Shown here in pieces: positions 7,534 to 18,108 of a DNA stretch of 55,491 bases. This DNA is from Chitinophagaceae bacterium. Its GTDB lineage: Bacteria > Bacteroidota > Bacteroidia > Chitinophagales > Chitinophagaceae. The notes below the pieces were generated by a model. The model was given only the letters and a program-made list of their open reading frames with translations, searched no databases and was not told the DNA's origin. Location of the stretch: contig JBGTIL010000002.1 of NCBI GenBank assembly GCA_041745695.1, positions 1-55,491 on the forward strand, given 5' to 3'. A program made the translations under genes and the position numbers. How positions within the stretch are numbered: the stretch's first letter is position 1; each line of letters opens with the position of its first letter.

Positions 7534-10500
7534 TGAGCTACTTCCCATTTTCTGCGCCCCGGTATTTTGATTGTCGCCGACTGCACCGCCGTTGCTGCGT
7601 TCACGGTGATGATGACATTATCAGTCGCCGTCACGCCGTTACTATCGGTTACTGTCAGCCGAAATGTATATGATCCCTGCACGAGGCTGTAGGCAAGCGT
7701 GCTTTGCGACGTACTACTGCCAATCGCGAAGGCGGCAGGCCCAGCGATCTTCGTCCACGTGAATGTAACAGGCCCTTCGATGTCCGATCCCGATCCGTTC
7801 AACGTCACGGCATTTGTAGGCAGTGTGATCGATGTGTCATTTCCCGCATTTGCAAGGGGCGGCGTATTGGCCGGCCGCACAACAACACTCATCGTATCAT
7901 ACCCGGTCGCTCCCTGATTGTCCGTCGCGCCGAGCCTGAAGCGGTAAGTGCCTGCAATAAGACCCGTGAAATTTGTCGTATATGACGTTGCGGCCGATAT
8001 CCCCGCCGTGTTCGGGCCGGACACCTGGTTCCAAAGCACCGACGCAATTGATCCGTCAAGATCATTTGCAGAACCGGTGGTGGAAACGCTGTTAACAGGC
8101 AGTTGAATATCCTTATCATCACCAGCCGCAACGCCCGGGATTCTGTTTGCTGCCCTCACAATTATCCGGATCAGATCGGTAGCTGTGCCACCTGCATTAT
8201 CTGTTACCGTCAGCCTCATGTAATAAGTTCCAACGATAAGGCCTGAAACAGTTGTGGTGAGTAAGGTTGGCGCTGATATCGACACTGTCGAAGGCCCAAA
8301 CTCCTGCGTCCATAGCGACGTGAAAGTACCGTCCGGATCGTTGGCCGTCCCGGTAATAGTTACGCTCGAAGTTGGAGCCTGCAGGCTGTCATAGTCCGGG
8401 CCGGCGTTCACGGTTGGAAGCTGATTTGTTGCAGGAGAGACAGTAATTTTCATCGTGTCCCGGGCTGTTGCTCCGAGGTTGTCCGTTGCCGTTAACTGCA
8501 TGAAATAGTCGCCTGCTATAAGGCCCGTGAAATTGGTAGCAAGCGCGGTAGGTGCAGATATTCCGGCTGCATTAGGTCCGGACACCTGGTTCCATAATAC
8601 AGTCACCGTACCGTCGGGATCACTTGCCGTTCCGTTGCCTGTTGTGGTCGCGGTCGGGAGCTGAATTGCCCTGTCTGTTCCGGCGTTAACGGTAGGTGGA
8701 ATATTTGCGGGCGCGCCTCCGGCTAACATCAGAATCGTTGAAGTCATCGGCTGCAGGATTACAGAGTTTGCATAAGAGGTTCCCCGCAAATCTTTGTATG
8801 TAGAGCCTGAAAAATTAACCGTCTTTGGAGAGGCCGTCGCATTGTACTCATACCTGACTGAATCCAGGATATTGTTTCCGACAGCAGTCACCGGCGTGAG
8901 GGTGAAATTGTCAAGAAAAAATTCGCCCGTGTTCTCGTACATCAAAAGTGAAAGCGTGAACCCGCCACTATAGGGCGCCGTGAAAATCCATTCGTTTGAG
9001 GCTCTTGTAGTCGTGAGCGGGAAAAATGTTTTGTCGCCCGGAAGCTGCCCGAGAATATTCCCCAACTGATTTGTTTCAGCCCGCGCGTCAAACCTGATCC
9101 GGTATTTCTGGAAGCCCGTCAGGTTGCCAAGCGTGATCCATACCTCTCTCGCATTGCCGCTTCCGATTTGCACCCTTACTGCCCCTGCGTCAAGACCGGC
9201 TGTGTTAGTCCAGGATACTACCGTTTCCGATGTAGGGGCGGTAACACCAAAAATGTCGGTATTGAAGCCGCTGTTGAGGAAAGCGTTTACTCCAACCGAA
9301 GTGACCGTGTAAGGCGCAAGGCGGGGGCCTGCCACGTTATTATTCTCCCATGCGGGCGTCGAAGCTCTCAGCGCCGCGGGATCATTCCAGAATCTTTTTG
9401 TATAGCCTCCTGAAGTCCACTCAATGGCGCCAAACGGCAGGAAAGGACGTGCGTAGATGTTTGAATCTATGTACCAGTTCCAGTTACGCGCAATGGGATT
9501 TTTGTTGGCTGCGGTACTATAATCATACACTTCGGCCTGGTAGAGAAAATTATTCTGATCATAGTTACCGACCCGCCTGTCTGAGAAAAAAATATTATTT
9601 GTGAACCGGTGGCGCCAAAGCTCCGGCGTTGCATTTGGTTGATCGAGGGTGTAGCATTCAAAGTCTCCGTTGTTCCAGGTGATGTTTTGATAGACGTTGA
9701 TATCCTCATTGTTGTGAAAAAAGAAGCCGGTATGAGAATTATTGAATACGGAATTATGGTGCACGTTGACTTTGTTCGTTACGTCATCGAGGTAGATGCC
9801 GTCGCCACCAAGGCCCAGGTTGAAAGTTCCTTCTATGTTTCCCCGGCCATTATAGACAACGTTGTAAGCAACTTCCCTCCACGTGTTGACGAAGTCATGC
9901 ATGTAGATTCCTCCGTTATCCTGGATCGTCAGGGAAAAATTCCGGATGTGATTATAACTGCATACAGATCCCTCTCCTCTTGCTTTGATGCCAGATCCCC
10001 CGATACTGTCGATATCATTCCAAATCGTTGTATTTGTCCCGAACGCATAGCCAGCGATATACTGATCTTCATTACTCCACCCCATGCCTGGGATCAGTCC
10101 GATTGCCTTAACGGTGTTGTGATGGATGTCGGAATTATTTGTTTCGGTGCTGCCATAATACTGCCGGCCGTAGTAGCCAAATGATCCTGCCTGATCCATG
10201 ATGTTGTAGGCAATCGTTGTGTACTGGCAGCCATCGAAATTGATTGATCCACGCCCTGCGATATATACTTCACAGCCCTGTATCAGAAAGCCGGTGCAGT
10301 TAACGAGATTGATACCGTAGACGTCTGCTCCACGGAGCATAATGTTTCTGATCTGCACATAGCTTTGACCGTTAGCATTGATCAGGTTATCATGCGCGCT
10401 TGCTGAAATACCGGATGGCGTCCCGACAGAATACACTCTTAATTTCAAATTATCCTTATCATACCACCACTCGTTTTGCTGGTCAAGACTTTCCCGGAAT

Positions 10501-11237
10501 CCCTGAATGAAATAACCCCAGGATGGAGCGTTACCTCCGCCAGGGAGAGGCGCACCAGGGAGAGCGGCTGAGTACTGGGTTGAAGGTATATAGGTGATCG
10601 TTGTAGCGGTGTTTGCGGTAATGTCACCCCGGTCAATCACCCAGGGCGTGCCGGTTGGCTTATAGACCAGTTCTGCGCCGACCAACTGATTGGTAGCAAA
10701 AGAAAGTGAAGCATCAACAAAATTTCCGCGGGTGGACGTGCTGCTGCTGAACCGGTAGCCCGCATTTGGCCATCTGCCCATTGCGATCATTCTGTTGTTG
10801 TAGACCACCGTATTGAGGTAATATCCAAGGTTATTCGGATAGCCCGCCAGCGCGCCACCGTAGGGGCCTGCGTTGAATGAAGTCTCCCAAAGATTCGTAC
10901 CGACGGATGTCCATGCCGTAAGCGCTGTTAAGGCTGAGAATTCAGGCTTTGCGCCAGTACCATACGCGTCAATCGTGATCGGGAGATCATCAAGGCCTGA
11001 CTTTGTAATGTTCAGTGAGCCCGGATAGATTTCGCCGCGGTTGAAGTATATGAAATCACCTGCTGCGAGCGAGGGAAAGAATGAATTAAGCTTTGCGATC
11101 GTCTTCCAGGGTGTGGCAGGATTTTGAGCCTGGACGCTTGTCCGGGAGTCGTCACCATTAGCCGTCGAGAAATAATAATTATTTGCACGGAGGCTGAGCG
11201 AAAAAAAGAAAAATAATATCGTAAGGAACTGTCTCAT
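7530..11237 (-). CDS. Large secreted beta-helix protein with CBM-like domain and four PKD/Ig repeats
   Basis: Signal peptide MRQFLTILFFFFSLSLRA; YYFS..GDDS...PWKTI motif; GIYLDD coils; four P..NAG.D...LP repeats. Confidence 0.88.
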   Translation of the reverse strand: MRQFLTILFFFFSLSLRANNYYFSTANGDDSRTSVQAQNPATPWKTIAKLNSFFPSLAAGDFIYFNRGEIYPGSLNITKSGLDDLPITIDAYGTGAKPEFSALTALTAWTSVGTNLWETSFNAGPYGGALAGYPNNLGYYLNTVVYNNRMIAMGRWPNAGYRFSSSTSTRGNFVDASLSFATNQLVGAELVYKPTGTPWVIDRGDITANTATTITYIPSTQYSAALPGAPLPGGGNAPSWGYFIQGFRESLDQQNEWWYDKDNLKLRVYSVGTPSGISASAHDNLINANGQSYVQIRNIMLRGADVYGINLVNCTGFLIQGCEVYIAGRGSINFDGCQYTTIAYNIMDQAGSFGYYGRQYYGSTETNNSDIHHNTVKAIGLIPGMGWSNEDQYIAGYAFGTNTTIWNDIDSIGGSGIKARGEGSVCSYNHIRNFSLTIQDNGGIYMHDFVNTWREVAYNVVYNGRGNIEGTFNLGLGGDGIYLDDVTNKVNVHHNSVFNNSHTGFFFHNNEDINVYQNITWNNGDFECYTLDQPNATPELWRHRFTNNIFFSDRRVGNYDQNNFLYQAEVYDYSTAANKNPIARNWNWYIDSNIYARPFLPFGAIEWTSGGYTKRFWNDPAALRASTPAWENNNVAGPRLAPYTVTSVGVNAFLNSGFNTDIFGVTAPTSETVVSWTNTAGLDAGAVRVQIGSGNAREVWITLGNLTGFQKYRIRFDARAETNQLGNILGQLPGDKTFFPLTTTRASNEWIFTAPYSGGFTLSLLMYENTGEFFLDNFTLTPVTAVGNNILDSVRYEYNATASPKTVNFSGSTYKDLRGTSYANSVILQPMTSTILMLAGGAPANIPPTVNAGTDRAIQLPTATTTGNGTASDPDGTVTVLWNQVSGPNAAGISAPTALATNFTGLIAGDYFMQLTATDNLGATARDTMKITVSPATNQLPTVNAGPDYDSLQAPTSSVTITGTANDPDGTFTSLWTQEFGPSTVSISAPTLLTTTVSGLIVGTYYMRLTVTDNAGGTATDLIRIIVRAANRIPGVAAGDDKDIQLPVNSVSTTGSANDLDGSIASVLWNQVSGPNTAGISAATSYTTNFTGLIAGTYRFRLGATDNQGATGYDTMSVVVRPANTPPLANAGNDTSITLPTNAVTLNGSGSDIEGPVTFTWTKIAGPAAFAIGSSTSQSTLAYSLVQGSYTFRLTVTDSNGVTATDNVIITVNAATAVQSATIKIPGRRKWEVAQ

Positions 11238-11719
11238 TTTGTCTTGCTTTTCAGCAATTTTTTGAGGGCAATTATTTCCGTGCGCGTGAAATTCAGATCA
11301 TTTTTCGAGGCCGGTTTTTGATACTGCGTCTGAGCCAGCACGCCTGACGTCTTCACACGTGAGGCGATCTGATCGATATATGATTGAGACATGACGTATT
11401 CGACTTCGTCTTTCGTCACCCACCTGAAATTTCTGATTTTGATGCTTGATGAATCAGCCCTCAGCTTTGCTACTTCGCTTTTCAGTGCTGTGATCTGACT
11501 TTGTAGTGCAGCGATATATGGATGGCCACCTCCGAGGAGCCAGTCGAGTGTTGTTGCCAGTACGATGAAATTATTCTGCGACGTGACCGGCGTCCATTGC
11601 TTGCTTACAAGATAATAAGGATACAGGTTATGTTTTTTGCCGGATACCCAAAGCGTGTCGAATTGCCCGAACGCGGAGGAACAAACGAACATTGATGATA
11701 TAATAACAAGTAGTTTCAT
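11234..11719 (-). CDS. Signal-peptide protein with coiled coils
   Basis: MKLLVIISSMFVCSSAFG|Q; heptads IAALQSQITALKSEVAKL. Confidence 0.7.
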   Translation of the reverse strand: MKLLVIISSMFVCSSAFGQFDTLWVSGKKHNLYPYYLVSKQWTPVTSQNNFIVLATTLDWLLGGGHPYIAALQSQITALKSEVAKLRADSSSIKIRNFRWVTKDEVEYVMSQSYIDQIASRVKTSGVLAQTQYQKPASKNDLNFTRTEIIALKKLLKSKTK

Positions 11720-11721
11720 GC

Positions 11722-12531
11722 TTAGTAATTTATACCGCCGCCTTTCCATTCGTACCCGTTCCAAAACTCAATTTCTTTTGTAGTGGTATTGAATATCACT
11801 TCACCGGGTTGCTTATCGGGAATAGCGTCACGTTCTGTAGTGCTGTAGTTTGGATATACAAACCTTTTAGGTTTTACCCTTCCCTCTACTTCGAAAGTGC
11901 CTTTTAGTTTCAACCCGGTTTTGGTAGGTGTGAGGGATGCGATGTCGGCATTTTTGACAATGCCCGTATTACTAAGATTATTTCCCCAATACATTGAACC
12001 CTTCGCTCTAATCGCAAACTTCTTTTTGCCGAAGCCGCCACTGTACGGTGTTTGCCCGCCGTGAATGTCAGCAAGATCGTAACCAGCGATGATGCTTTGA
12101 TTCTCATGCCCGGGGTCATCGCGCTCTCCCCCTTCAATGGCGATACAAGGCCCGTTCACGTCAGGGCTTATGTTTAGCATTGCTGGCTCCGTACCGTCCG
12201 GGATCGCGCTCACTCCCTGAATCTCTCCTTTCTCACTGATTCTCTTATTTGAAATTACCATCCACACGCCGGTATAATAAGCGCCGTTAGAAAGATGATA
12301 AGCTGACAACCTGTAAGGCATCCGGTTCCCGCTCCCCGTGTCTCCGTACCATTCTAAAGAGTTTCCCCATTGCGTTATCACATCAGGGCAAAATTTAATC
12401 GGAGCGTTTTTGTCTTCCAGATCGAAGACTATTGCGGCCTTTGAGACCGCTGTCTCAACAGCTTTTTTGAACTCATCCGATTTTGTCAGAGTATCCATCG
12501 CCTGATTGAGCATGAGATTAAGAACATTCAT
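11722..12531 (-). CDS. Tail-fibre-related protein
   Basis: C-terminal STTERDAI...GEVIFNTTTKEIEFWNG.EW motif typical of fibre-like proteins. Confidence 0.55.
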   Translation of the reverse strand: MNVLNLMLNQAMDTLTKSDEFKKAVETAVSKAAIVFDLEDKNAPIKFCPDVITQWGNSLEWYGDTGSGNRMPYRLSAYHLSNGAYYTGVWMVISNKRISEKGEIQGVSAIPDGTEPAMLNISPDVNGPCIAIEGGERDDPGHENQSIIAGYDLADIHGGQTPYSGGFGKKKFAIRAKGSMYWGNNLSNTGIVKNADIASLTPTKTGLKLKGTFEVEGRVKPKRFVYPNYSTTERDAIPDKQPGEVIFNTTTKEIEFWNGYEWKGGGINY

Positions 12532-12555
12532 AGAAATAAGTTTTTTTATTGTTTT

Positions 12556-14460
12556 CTAATACGGATGCCATTCGATCGTTAAGACAAAACGTGGCAAATC
12601 CTGCGGGTTAGTAACCGTCCATGCCGCAAAAGCATTATTACTACTTTGTGTCTTTATTTTTAGCAATTTTCTAAAAGTTCCAAAACCGACTATGCCTTCT
12701 AATGCGTCACCTGGTTGCGCACCTGTTTCACCACTTGCGTTTACTGTTCTAATACCCGTTTGCAACATATTAGCCGCTATTTGTTCTGGGTAGTCGTTAT
12801 CAAGCCAAATTATTAGAAAGGCATTTGAATTGCTCCCTGTATAGATTTTTCTAACGTCAATGGATAATGACATTATTCTACCGTTTAACTCGTTGCTTAG
12901 TAATCCCGAACCCGCATTTAATAAATCTTTTTCGGTGATATATGTTTTGCGCAAACCTTTTGTAGAAAACGCATTTCCGCTAAAACGTAATGCGGCTTCA
13001 GAAAATAAAGGTTGCCCCATATCTATGACACGATTACCGCCGAGATCATTAATTATACTTGTCGTTTCAAAGTGCCAGACCTCCCCTGCCGTTGGTGCAT
13101 CCCATGTACCAGATATCACCCAATTTGTGCCGTCATGAGTTACGTCTATGATTTCGCCTGACTTAGCGCCATCTGTTCTAAAGGCCATTGCACCGGGAGC
13201 ACAGATGGCAGGGATGTTATCGTTAGCTGCTGAACCGTTGTCAGTAATAAGGATATTATTACCGCTTGCTCCAATCGCATAGGAAGACGAAGCCCCAAAC
13301 CCGATATGACCACCACCGCCACTACCACCAGAAAATGTATTATTCTTAACCGACACACTATAAACGTGTGTTTGTTCAGGTTGTAAATAAAAAGAGGGCG
13401 AGGCTGAAATAGCATTGAAATGATTCCCCTCTGCATACACGTGTCGTGGTGCAACATTCACCAATGCCGAAAAATAATTTCGAAGAAGAGTTAAATATGT
13501 TATGCCTGTTGCACCGCCGCACACACCTTGAACTTTGCAATCTTTTATTTCACAAAATTCTACCAATTTATCTAAATCACAACTATTAATGTCGCATTGA
13601 TCGTAGATTACCTTTTCATTTTCAGAAGGCCATATATTTGCTTCAAATTTGCATTTTTCGTAGTATACATTTTCAGCACTTATAGCCTGATGTGCTGTTT
13701 CTGCAACCGGATATCCTGTGCCTTTTGTGCCGTTAGCAAATACTATATTTCGAAACTTTATATATTTAGGACGACTGTAATTATTTCTGTCCATCAAATA
13801 TATTCGCGGCTTTCCAAAATTAACCCCCATTCCTGGATGGTTTGCAAGGTCTTTCCACAGGGAATTATAAGAATATTTTAACCTGTCTTTGAGTGTAATA
13901 ACTCCCGTTGTCGTGTTTATACCAGTAATAATATGCCACTCGAAAAAACGACCATTGGGCGGGAAACCATACAGCTGCTGGTCGTAGCCTAATAACAAAA
14001 TGCGTTGACCAACAGTATAGTTTGAATGGTCTGCAATTATGGTAAGCGTTAATGTGTTGCTTCCAGCCGCTAAGGAGTTAAAACGATGTCCTTCTAAGAT
14101 AGAAGGCACGTCTGAAGTCATAACAGCAGTTTGAAACATGCCCCCTGTGTTTAAGGGAGCCCAAGTATGCCCCCAGGCGCTATTGTTTGTAGAGCGCAAC
14201 GTGGTTTTTTCAGCAGCTCCTATAAGCTCGAATGATTGTACGTTATACAGCCATTTATTATTTGCATATCTTACTTCACCGGGTGGCATTAGCAGTACAT
14301 AGTGCGGTTTGCCAACTCCTGAAACATCAGACTGTAATTTCATGAGGGCAGGACTGTTATCTGTGATTCCGTCTCCAACTACACCATAGCGCCCTGCTAA
14401 ATCAATAATCTGTCTGCCACCTGTCAGCTTTATAATTTGATCTCTTGTAGAAGTCGCCAT
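12556..14460 (-). CDS. Tailspike-like beta-helix protein (pectate-lyase-3-type N-terminus)
   Basis: YGVVGDGITDNSPAL motif and beta-helix coils; no signal peptide; visibly AT-rich. Confidence 0.72.
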   Translation of the reverse strand: MATSTRDQIIKLTGGRQIIDLAGRYGVVGDGITDNSPALMKLQSDVSGVGKPHYVLLMPPGEVRYANNKWLYNVQSFELIGAAEKTTLRSTNNSAWGHTWAPLNTGGMFQTAVMTSDVPSILEGHRFNSLAAGSNTLTLTIIADHSNYTVGQRILLLGYDQQLYGFPPNGRFFEWHIITGINTTTGVITLKDRLKYSYNSLWKDLANHPGMGVNFGKPRIYLMDRNNYSRPKYIKFRNIVFANGTKGTGYPVAETAHQAISAENVYYEKCKFEANIWPSENEKVIYDQCDINSCDLDKLVEFCEIKDCKVQGVCGGATGITYLTLLRNYFSALVNVAPRHVYAEGNHFNAISASPSFYLQPEQTHVYSVSVKNNTFSGGSGGGGHIGFGASSSYAIGASGNNILITDNGSAANDNIPAICAPGAMAFRTDGAKSGEIIDVTHDGTNWVISGTWDAPTAGEVWHFETTSIINDLGGNRVIDMGQPLFSEAALRFSGNAFSTKGLRKTYITEKDLLNAGSGLLSNELNGRIMSLSIDVRKIYTGSNSNAFLIIWLDNDYPEQIAANMLQTGIRTVNASGETGAQPGDALEGIVGFGTFRKLLKIKTQSSNNAFAAWTVTNPQDLPRFVLTIEWHPY

Positions 14461-14463
14461 ACT

Positions 14464-17400
14464 TTATTGTTTATACCATTTTGAATTGCTCGATTTCCAC
14501 CTTAATTTTAATGCGTCTTCAGCATCTATATTTGAAAAGGCATTCACACCATGAATTGCTTGCCCTGTATTTGCAGCAAGCGTTAATGAAGTGATTACCG
14601 TTCCTGAATTAAGCGTACCGCCAAAACTTACCTCTATCTTTTGCCCATCCACCGGCGTTGCAGGCATCGTAATGGTCAAGGCTGCAAGCGTAGACGCCGG
14701 ATCAACCAACAACCATATATCCGTTGTCTGATTTGTAATTGTTACTGCTGATCCTGATGTATGCGTTTGCTGTGCGGGGAATGTAGCGCCGCCGCCACCA
14801 CCCGATACCGTTGCCCATGAAGATGTTGTACCGTTAGTTGTAAGATACTTTCCCGCCTGCCCTGTTTGTGATGGCACGCCTGCAGACGTGGGTACATTGA
14901 TCGTCAAAATAGAATCGCTCTGGTAAGAAGTTACCAATCCAGCCCCGGCTATGCCCCTGAATATTATATTATCACCTATCCTACCTGAATAGATTTGCTG
15001 TGATGTTGTTACCGATGAATTTTTGAAGGTCAGTGCATTTTCTTTAAGATTGATTCGGTTAGACAGCGACGTGGTATCTGTTGCAGTGCCACCACCTGTT
15101 GGAATTTCCTGTGTACTTAGCACCCCCGTAGATGAACTCACGACCATCCTTGTGCCTGTGCCAGCAAGACTGTTAAGCGTTAACCCCGTTGCATTCAACC
15201 TCATCCAATCATTGCCACCTGAAGCCGCTGCACGTTGGTTCCCCCACTGGAAAAATGATGATCCCGTTCCGGTGGCATCCGCATTGAAATACATGCCGTC
15301 TGTGCTATTCATGTATCCATGAACCGCACCCGGAACACCAAGCCAGAACGGCCCCCGCACATCAAGGGTACCACGCGGATCTCCGGTTGTGCCTATCCGT
15401 AGGCCTGTAGTGTTAAGCCGCATGTATTCATTAGTTCCGGAGGTCTGTATTCCACTCAGTGCAAAATTCCAGGAAAAATGAGCGCTCTGCGGTGCATACT
15501 GCTGATATTCATTAGCCTGAACACCCATACCATACCTGATTGTTGCATCTTCAAATAGATTTATCACGTCTACTCCGGCAGCAGATGTTCCAAAACTCAA
15601 CCTCGCAAGCGGCCCCGTAACACCGATGCCCACGTTACCACCAGACCTGTAGATGCTTGTGCCGTTAATTGACCAGTTTGAACCAACTATTTCAAACAGC
15701 GCACCGTTCCACCTTTCCTGCCTGCCAGTTGTTGTATTGTCGTACAGGTAGCCTATGTCGTTTGCTGTTAGCATAGTATCTAATGCGGCCCTTTGCGCTG
15801 TAGTTCCCGTTGCTCCGCCCGTTGCACGGAATACCGGAATAGCATTAGTCAATGTAACCGCTCCGTTCGCCTGCGAAAACCGCTGGCTTACTGTTATTGT
15901 TGTTGACGTTTTTGCGCTTACCGTCATAGGATACGTAGCCGCGTCAGGCCATCCCGCACTTGCTATGATGTAATCTCCAATTTCTATCCCTGCTGTACTG
16001 CTTACAGCGGTAATGATATTTGAGTTTGCCGTAAGTGTTCCTGTTGCGCTATATGACTTGAACATTCCCGCTTTGTCAACTACATATGACTTTATTTTTG
16101 ACCGCGCATCCCCTGTGGTAAGGATTTTCACAATATCACCATTTGCATACCTGATGATAGAAGCGTTTCTGTCTGTTGCCAAAGGCTTTTGCGCTAACGT
16201 GAATGTTCTGAAAAATCCACCTTCCAAAAATGGGCTTGTTGAGCCGTCCGGAAATTGATTATTAACAAGATTAGTAGAATCCATTCCCGTATTACCCATC
16301 AATATGAACTTCGGCTGATTGTTTGTATGCGTTGCCCGGCCTACGTCCTCCTCCCTGTTCTCGCTGAAGAAAGGGAACCCACCTGAATAAAACGGAGTGA
16401 CACCGGGTTTTATGTTTGAAAAATTACTCCCTATAATAGTTGCTGAACCTGTAGAAGCAGCCTCGCTGGATAAGTTTGTTGTCCAGTTAATTTTCGGCAG
16501 AATTTGAGCTGTTGAAAATACAGAAGACTGAATCACAAGGTTTCCACCTCCATCAATAATGTAAGGATATACCGGGAAATAGGGTTGTCCTCCGATCATC
16601 CCTGCTGTGTTGCCATTAAAATATTCGTAGCTGATGAGATTGTAATTTCCGTATGCTGTATAGCTGAATGGCGTTTTCAATATCCCGCCGGTAAATTCAG
16701 AATAATCATTTATCGAAGTAAGGGAGGTGATTTTATTCATGTTAAATACCCAACCAACAGCACTATAAAGGTTCCTTGTCGATAACAGGGAGCCCGCTCC
16801 TCCAGCCTCGCTACATTTGATCGCAGAATGAAAAATATTTATCCAGTAATTATGCGTAAAACTGAAATCCTTCGTATTATTTCCGCCTAATAAAACTCCG
16901 TACCATGATTTAAGGCTATCCGCTACCGTTATCTGCTGACCTGTGAACGTGCACTCCTCAAAGGAGCTCTCGTCGGCCTGAGCCTGCGTTATCGCTATCC
17001 CGCCTGTAGCGTTGAAGTTTACAGCCGCGCTGCTATCGCCACCCCACGCCGAAAAGGCGCATTTGTTGTAATGAACCAATGATGTCAGGGCGTCAGCCGC
17101 CCATTGATGATGTATAAGATATTTTGCCGGAGATGAGTTTGTCAGCCAGTAAGGCGCACCTGCAAATTCTATATTCTCTATTGTCGAAAAGTACATTCCC
17201 TGAAACCTGAACATAGTGCCACCCCTCGCACCGCGCCATGCAAAAGTAGAACCGATTCCCCGTCCTCCGCTGATACCTGTGCCGATAATATTAACACTCG
17301 AGCCTACTCCGAAATTGAAAAAAACCTCGTTGTAAATTGCATACCTGCCTTCAGGAACAAACAAGGTAAAAGCTCCAAATGTATTTTTTGCATACTGAAA

Positions 17401-18096
17401 AGCAGCCAATAAAGCTGGCCTGGAGTCCGCGATGCCATCGCCTATATTTGCCGTCCCCGCAAACCATTTCAGATTTATATAAGTCTCCACTTTGCGTTTC
17501 AAGCGGGTACCATCAGCTGCGACAATAGTCATGAAATTATCGTCAGCCGTTGTAACGTCCGCCCGATCCGGAATAAAATCATAAACATCCTTATTGGTGA
17601 CTACCCGGTATATTACCGTGTCAACGATAGGTATTGCTCTTATTTGCGAAACTGAAGAAACGTTAACGGTCGGATTGTTAAGTTCCAGAGCGCCTCCGGA
17701 ATTGACATTGAAAAAAGAAGGCGCGACCTGCAATGGCGTCGTATCATTGCCCGCTTTCAGCACCAGGCACGAATCGGCGAAGCAATTGCCAAACCAATAT
17801 TCTTTGTTTGTTCCTCCTGTTATTGTCCCGTTAAGAAGAGTGCCGCCGGTGTTAACGATGATTGGAAATCCGCCTACTCTCTTTGCAGTAGTGTTGAGGT
17901 ACGATAGCGCTTCTGCAATTGAAACATAAGGCCGGTATTTGAAATTTGCCGCGTCATAAAACATGCTCCTTGCATCAGAAGGCATATTCGTTACGCCTAC
18001 CGGCTTGTTAAGTCCGGTGTGGGTAGACGGTGAATAAGTCTGCCCGGACGAAGCCAGGCAGACTAAGAAAGAAGCGATAAGAAGGAGGCTTTTCAT
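14464..18096 (-). CDS. Large fibre/spike-like protein with signal peptide
   Basis: MKSLLLIASFLVCLASSG|Q; WF...GDGIADSRPAL beta-helix start; GNVGIG, PSQTGQAGKYLTTNGTTSSW and TTAQRAAL fibre motifs. Confidence 0.72.
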   Translation of the reverse strand: MKSLLLIASFLVCLASSGQTYSPSTHTGLNKPVGVTNMPSDARSMFYDAANFKYRPYVSIAEALSYLNTTAKRVGGFPIIVNTGGTLLNGTITGGTNKEYWFGNCFADSCLVLKAGNDTTPLQVAPSFFNVNSGGALELNNPTVNVSSVSQIRAIPIVDTVIYRVVTNKDVYDFIPDRADVTTADDNFMTIVAADGTRLKRKVETYINLKWFAGTANIGDGIADSRPALLAAFQYAKNTFGAFTLFVPEGRYAIYNEVFFNFGVGSSVNIIGTGISGGRGIGSTFAWRGARGGTMFRFQGMYFSTIENIEFAGAPYWLTNSSPAKYLIHHQWAADALTSLVHYNKCAFSAWGGDSSAAVNFNATGGIAITQAQADESSFEECTFTGQQITVADSLKSWYGVLLGGNNTKDFSFTHNYWINIFHSAIKCSEAGGAGSLLSTRNLYSAVGWVFNMNKITSLTSINDYSEFTGGILKTPFSYTAYGNYNLISYEYFNGNTAGMIGGQPYFPVYPYIIDGGGNLVIQSSVFSTAQILPKINWTTNLSSEAASTGSATIIGSNFSNIKPGVTPFYSGGFPFFSENREEDVGRATHTNNQPKFILMGNTGMDSTNLVNNQFPDGSTSPFLEGGFFRTFTLAQKPLATDRNASIIRYANGDIVKILTTGDARSKIKSYVVDKAGMFKSYSATGTLTANSNIITAVSSTAGIEIGDYIIASAGWPDAATYPMTVSAKTSTTITVSQRFSQANGAVTLTNAIPVFRATGGATGTTAQRAALDTMLTANDIGYLYDNTTTGRQERWNGALFEIVGSNWSINGTSIYRSGGNVGIGVTGPLARLSFGTSAAGVDVINLFEDATIRYGMGVQANEYQQYAPQSAHFSWNFALSGIQTSGTNEYMRLNTTGLRIGTTGDPRGTLDVRGPFWLGVPGAVHGYMNSTDGMYFNADATGTGSSFFQWGNQRAAASGGNDWMRLNATGLTLNSLAGTGTRMVVSSSTGVLSTQEIPTGGGTATDTTSLSNRINLKENALTFKNSSVTTSQQIYSGRIGDNIIFRGIAGAGLVTSYQSDSILTINVPTSAGVPSQTGQAGKYLTTNGTTSSWATVSGGGGGATFPAQQTHTSGSAVTITNQTTDIWLLVDPASTLAALTITMPATPVDGQKIEVSFGGTLNSGTVITSLTLAANTGQAIHGVNAFSNIDAEDALKLRWKSSNSKWYKQ

Positions 18097-18108
18097 TTTG
18101 TGATCTTG

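Noticed and set aside
7530-7600. T9SS C-terminal sorting domain on the 1235-aa protein
   Set aside because: The protein ends about 20 aa after the last PKD repeat with no YPNP-type domain
7600-8710. Repetitive region as a CRISPR array or DGR repeat
   Set aside because: Repeats are degenerate in-frame PKD domains; no spacers, cas genes or reverse transcriptase are visible in the window
9609-10184. Long plus-strand ORFs opposite late and early genes (also 31188..31703, 33786..34202, 43782..44258 and others)
   Set aside because: Antisense shadows of well-supported genes with no recognisable motifs
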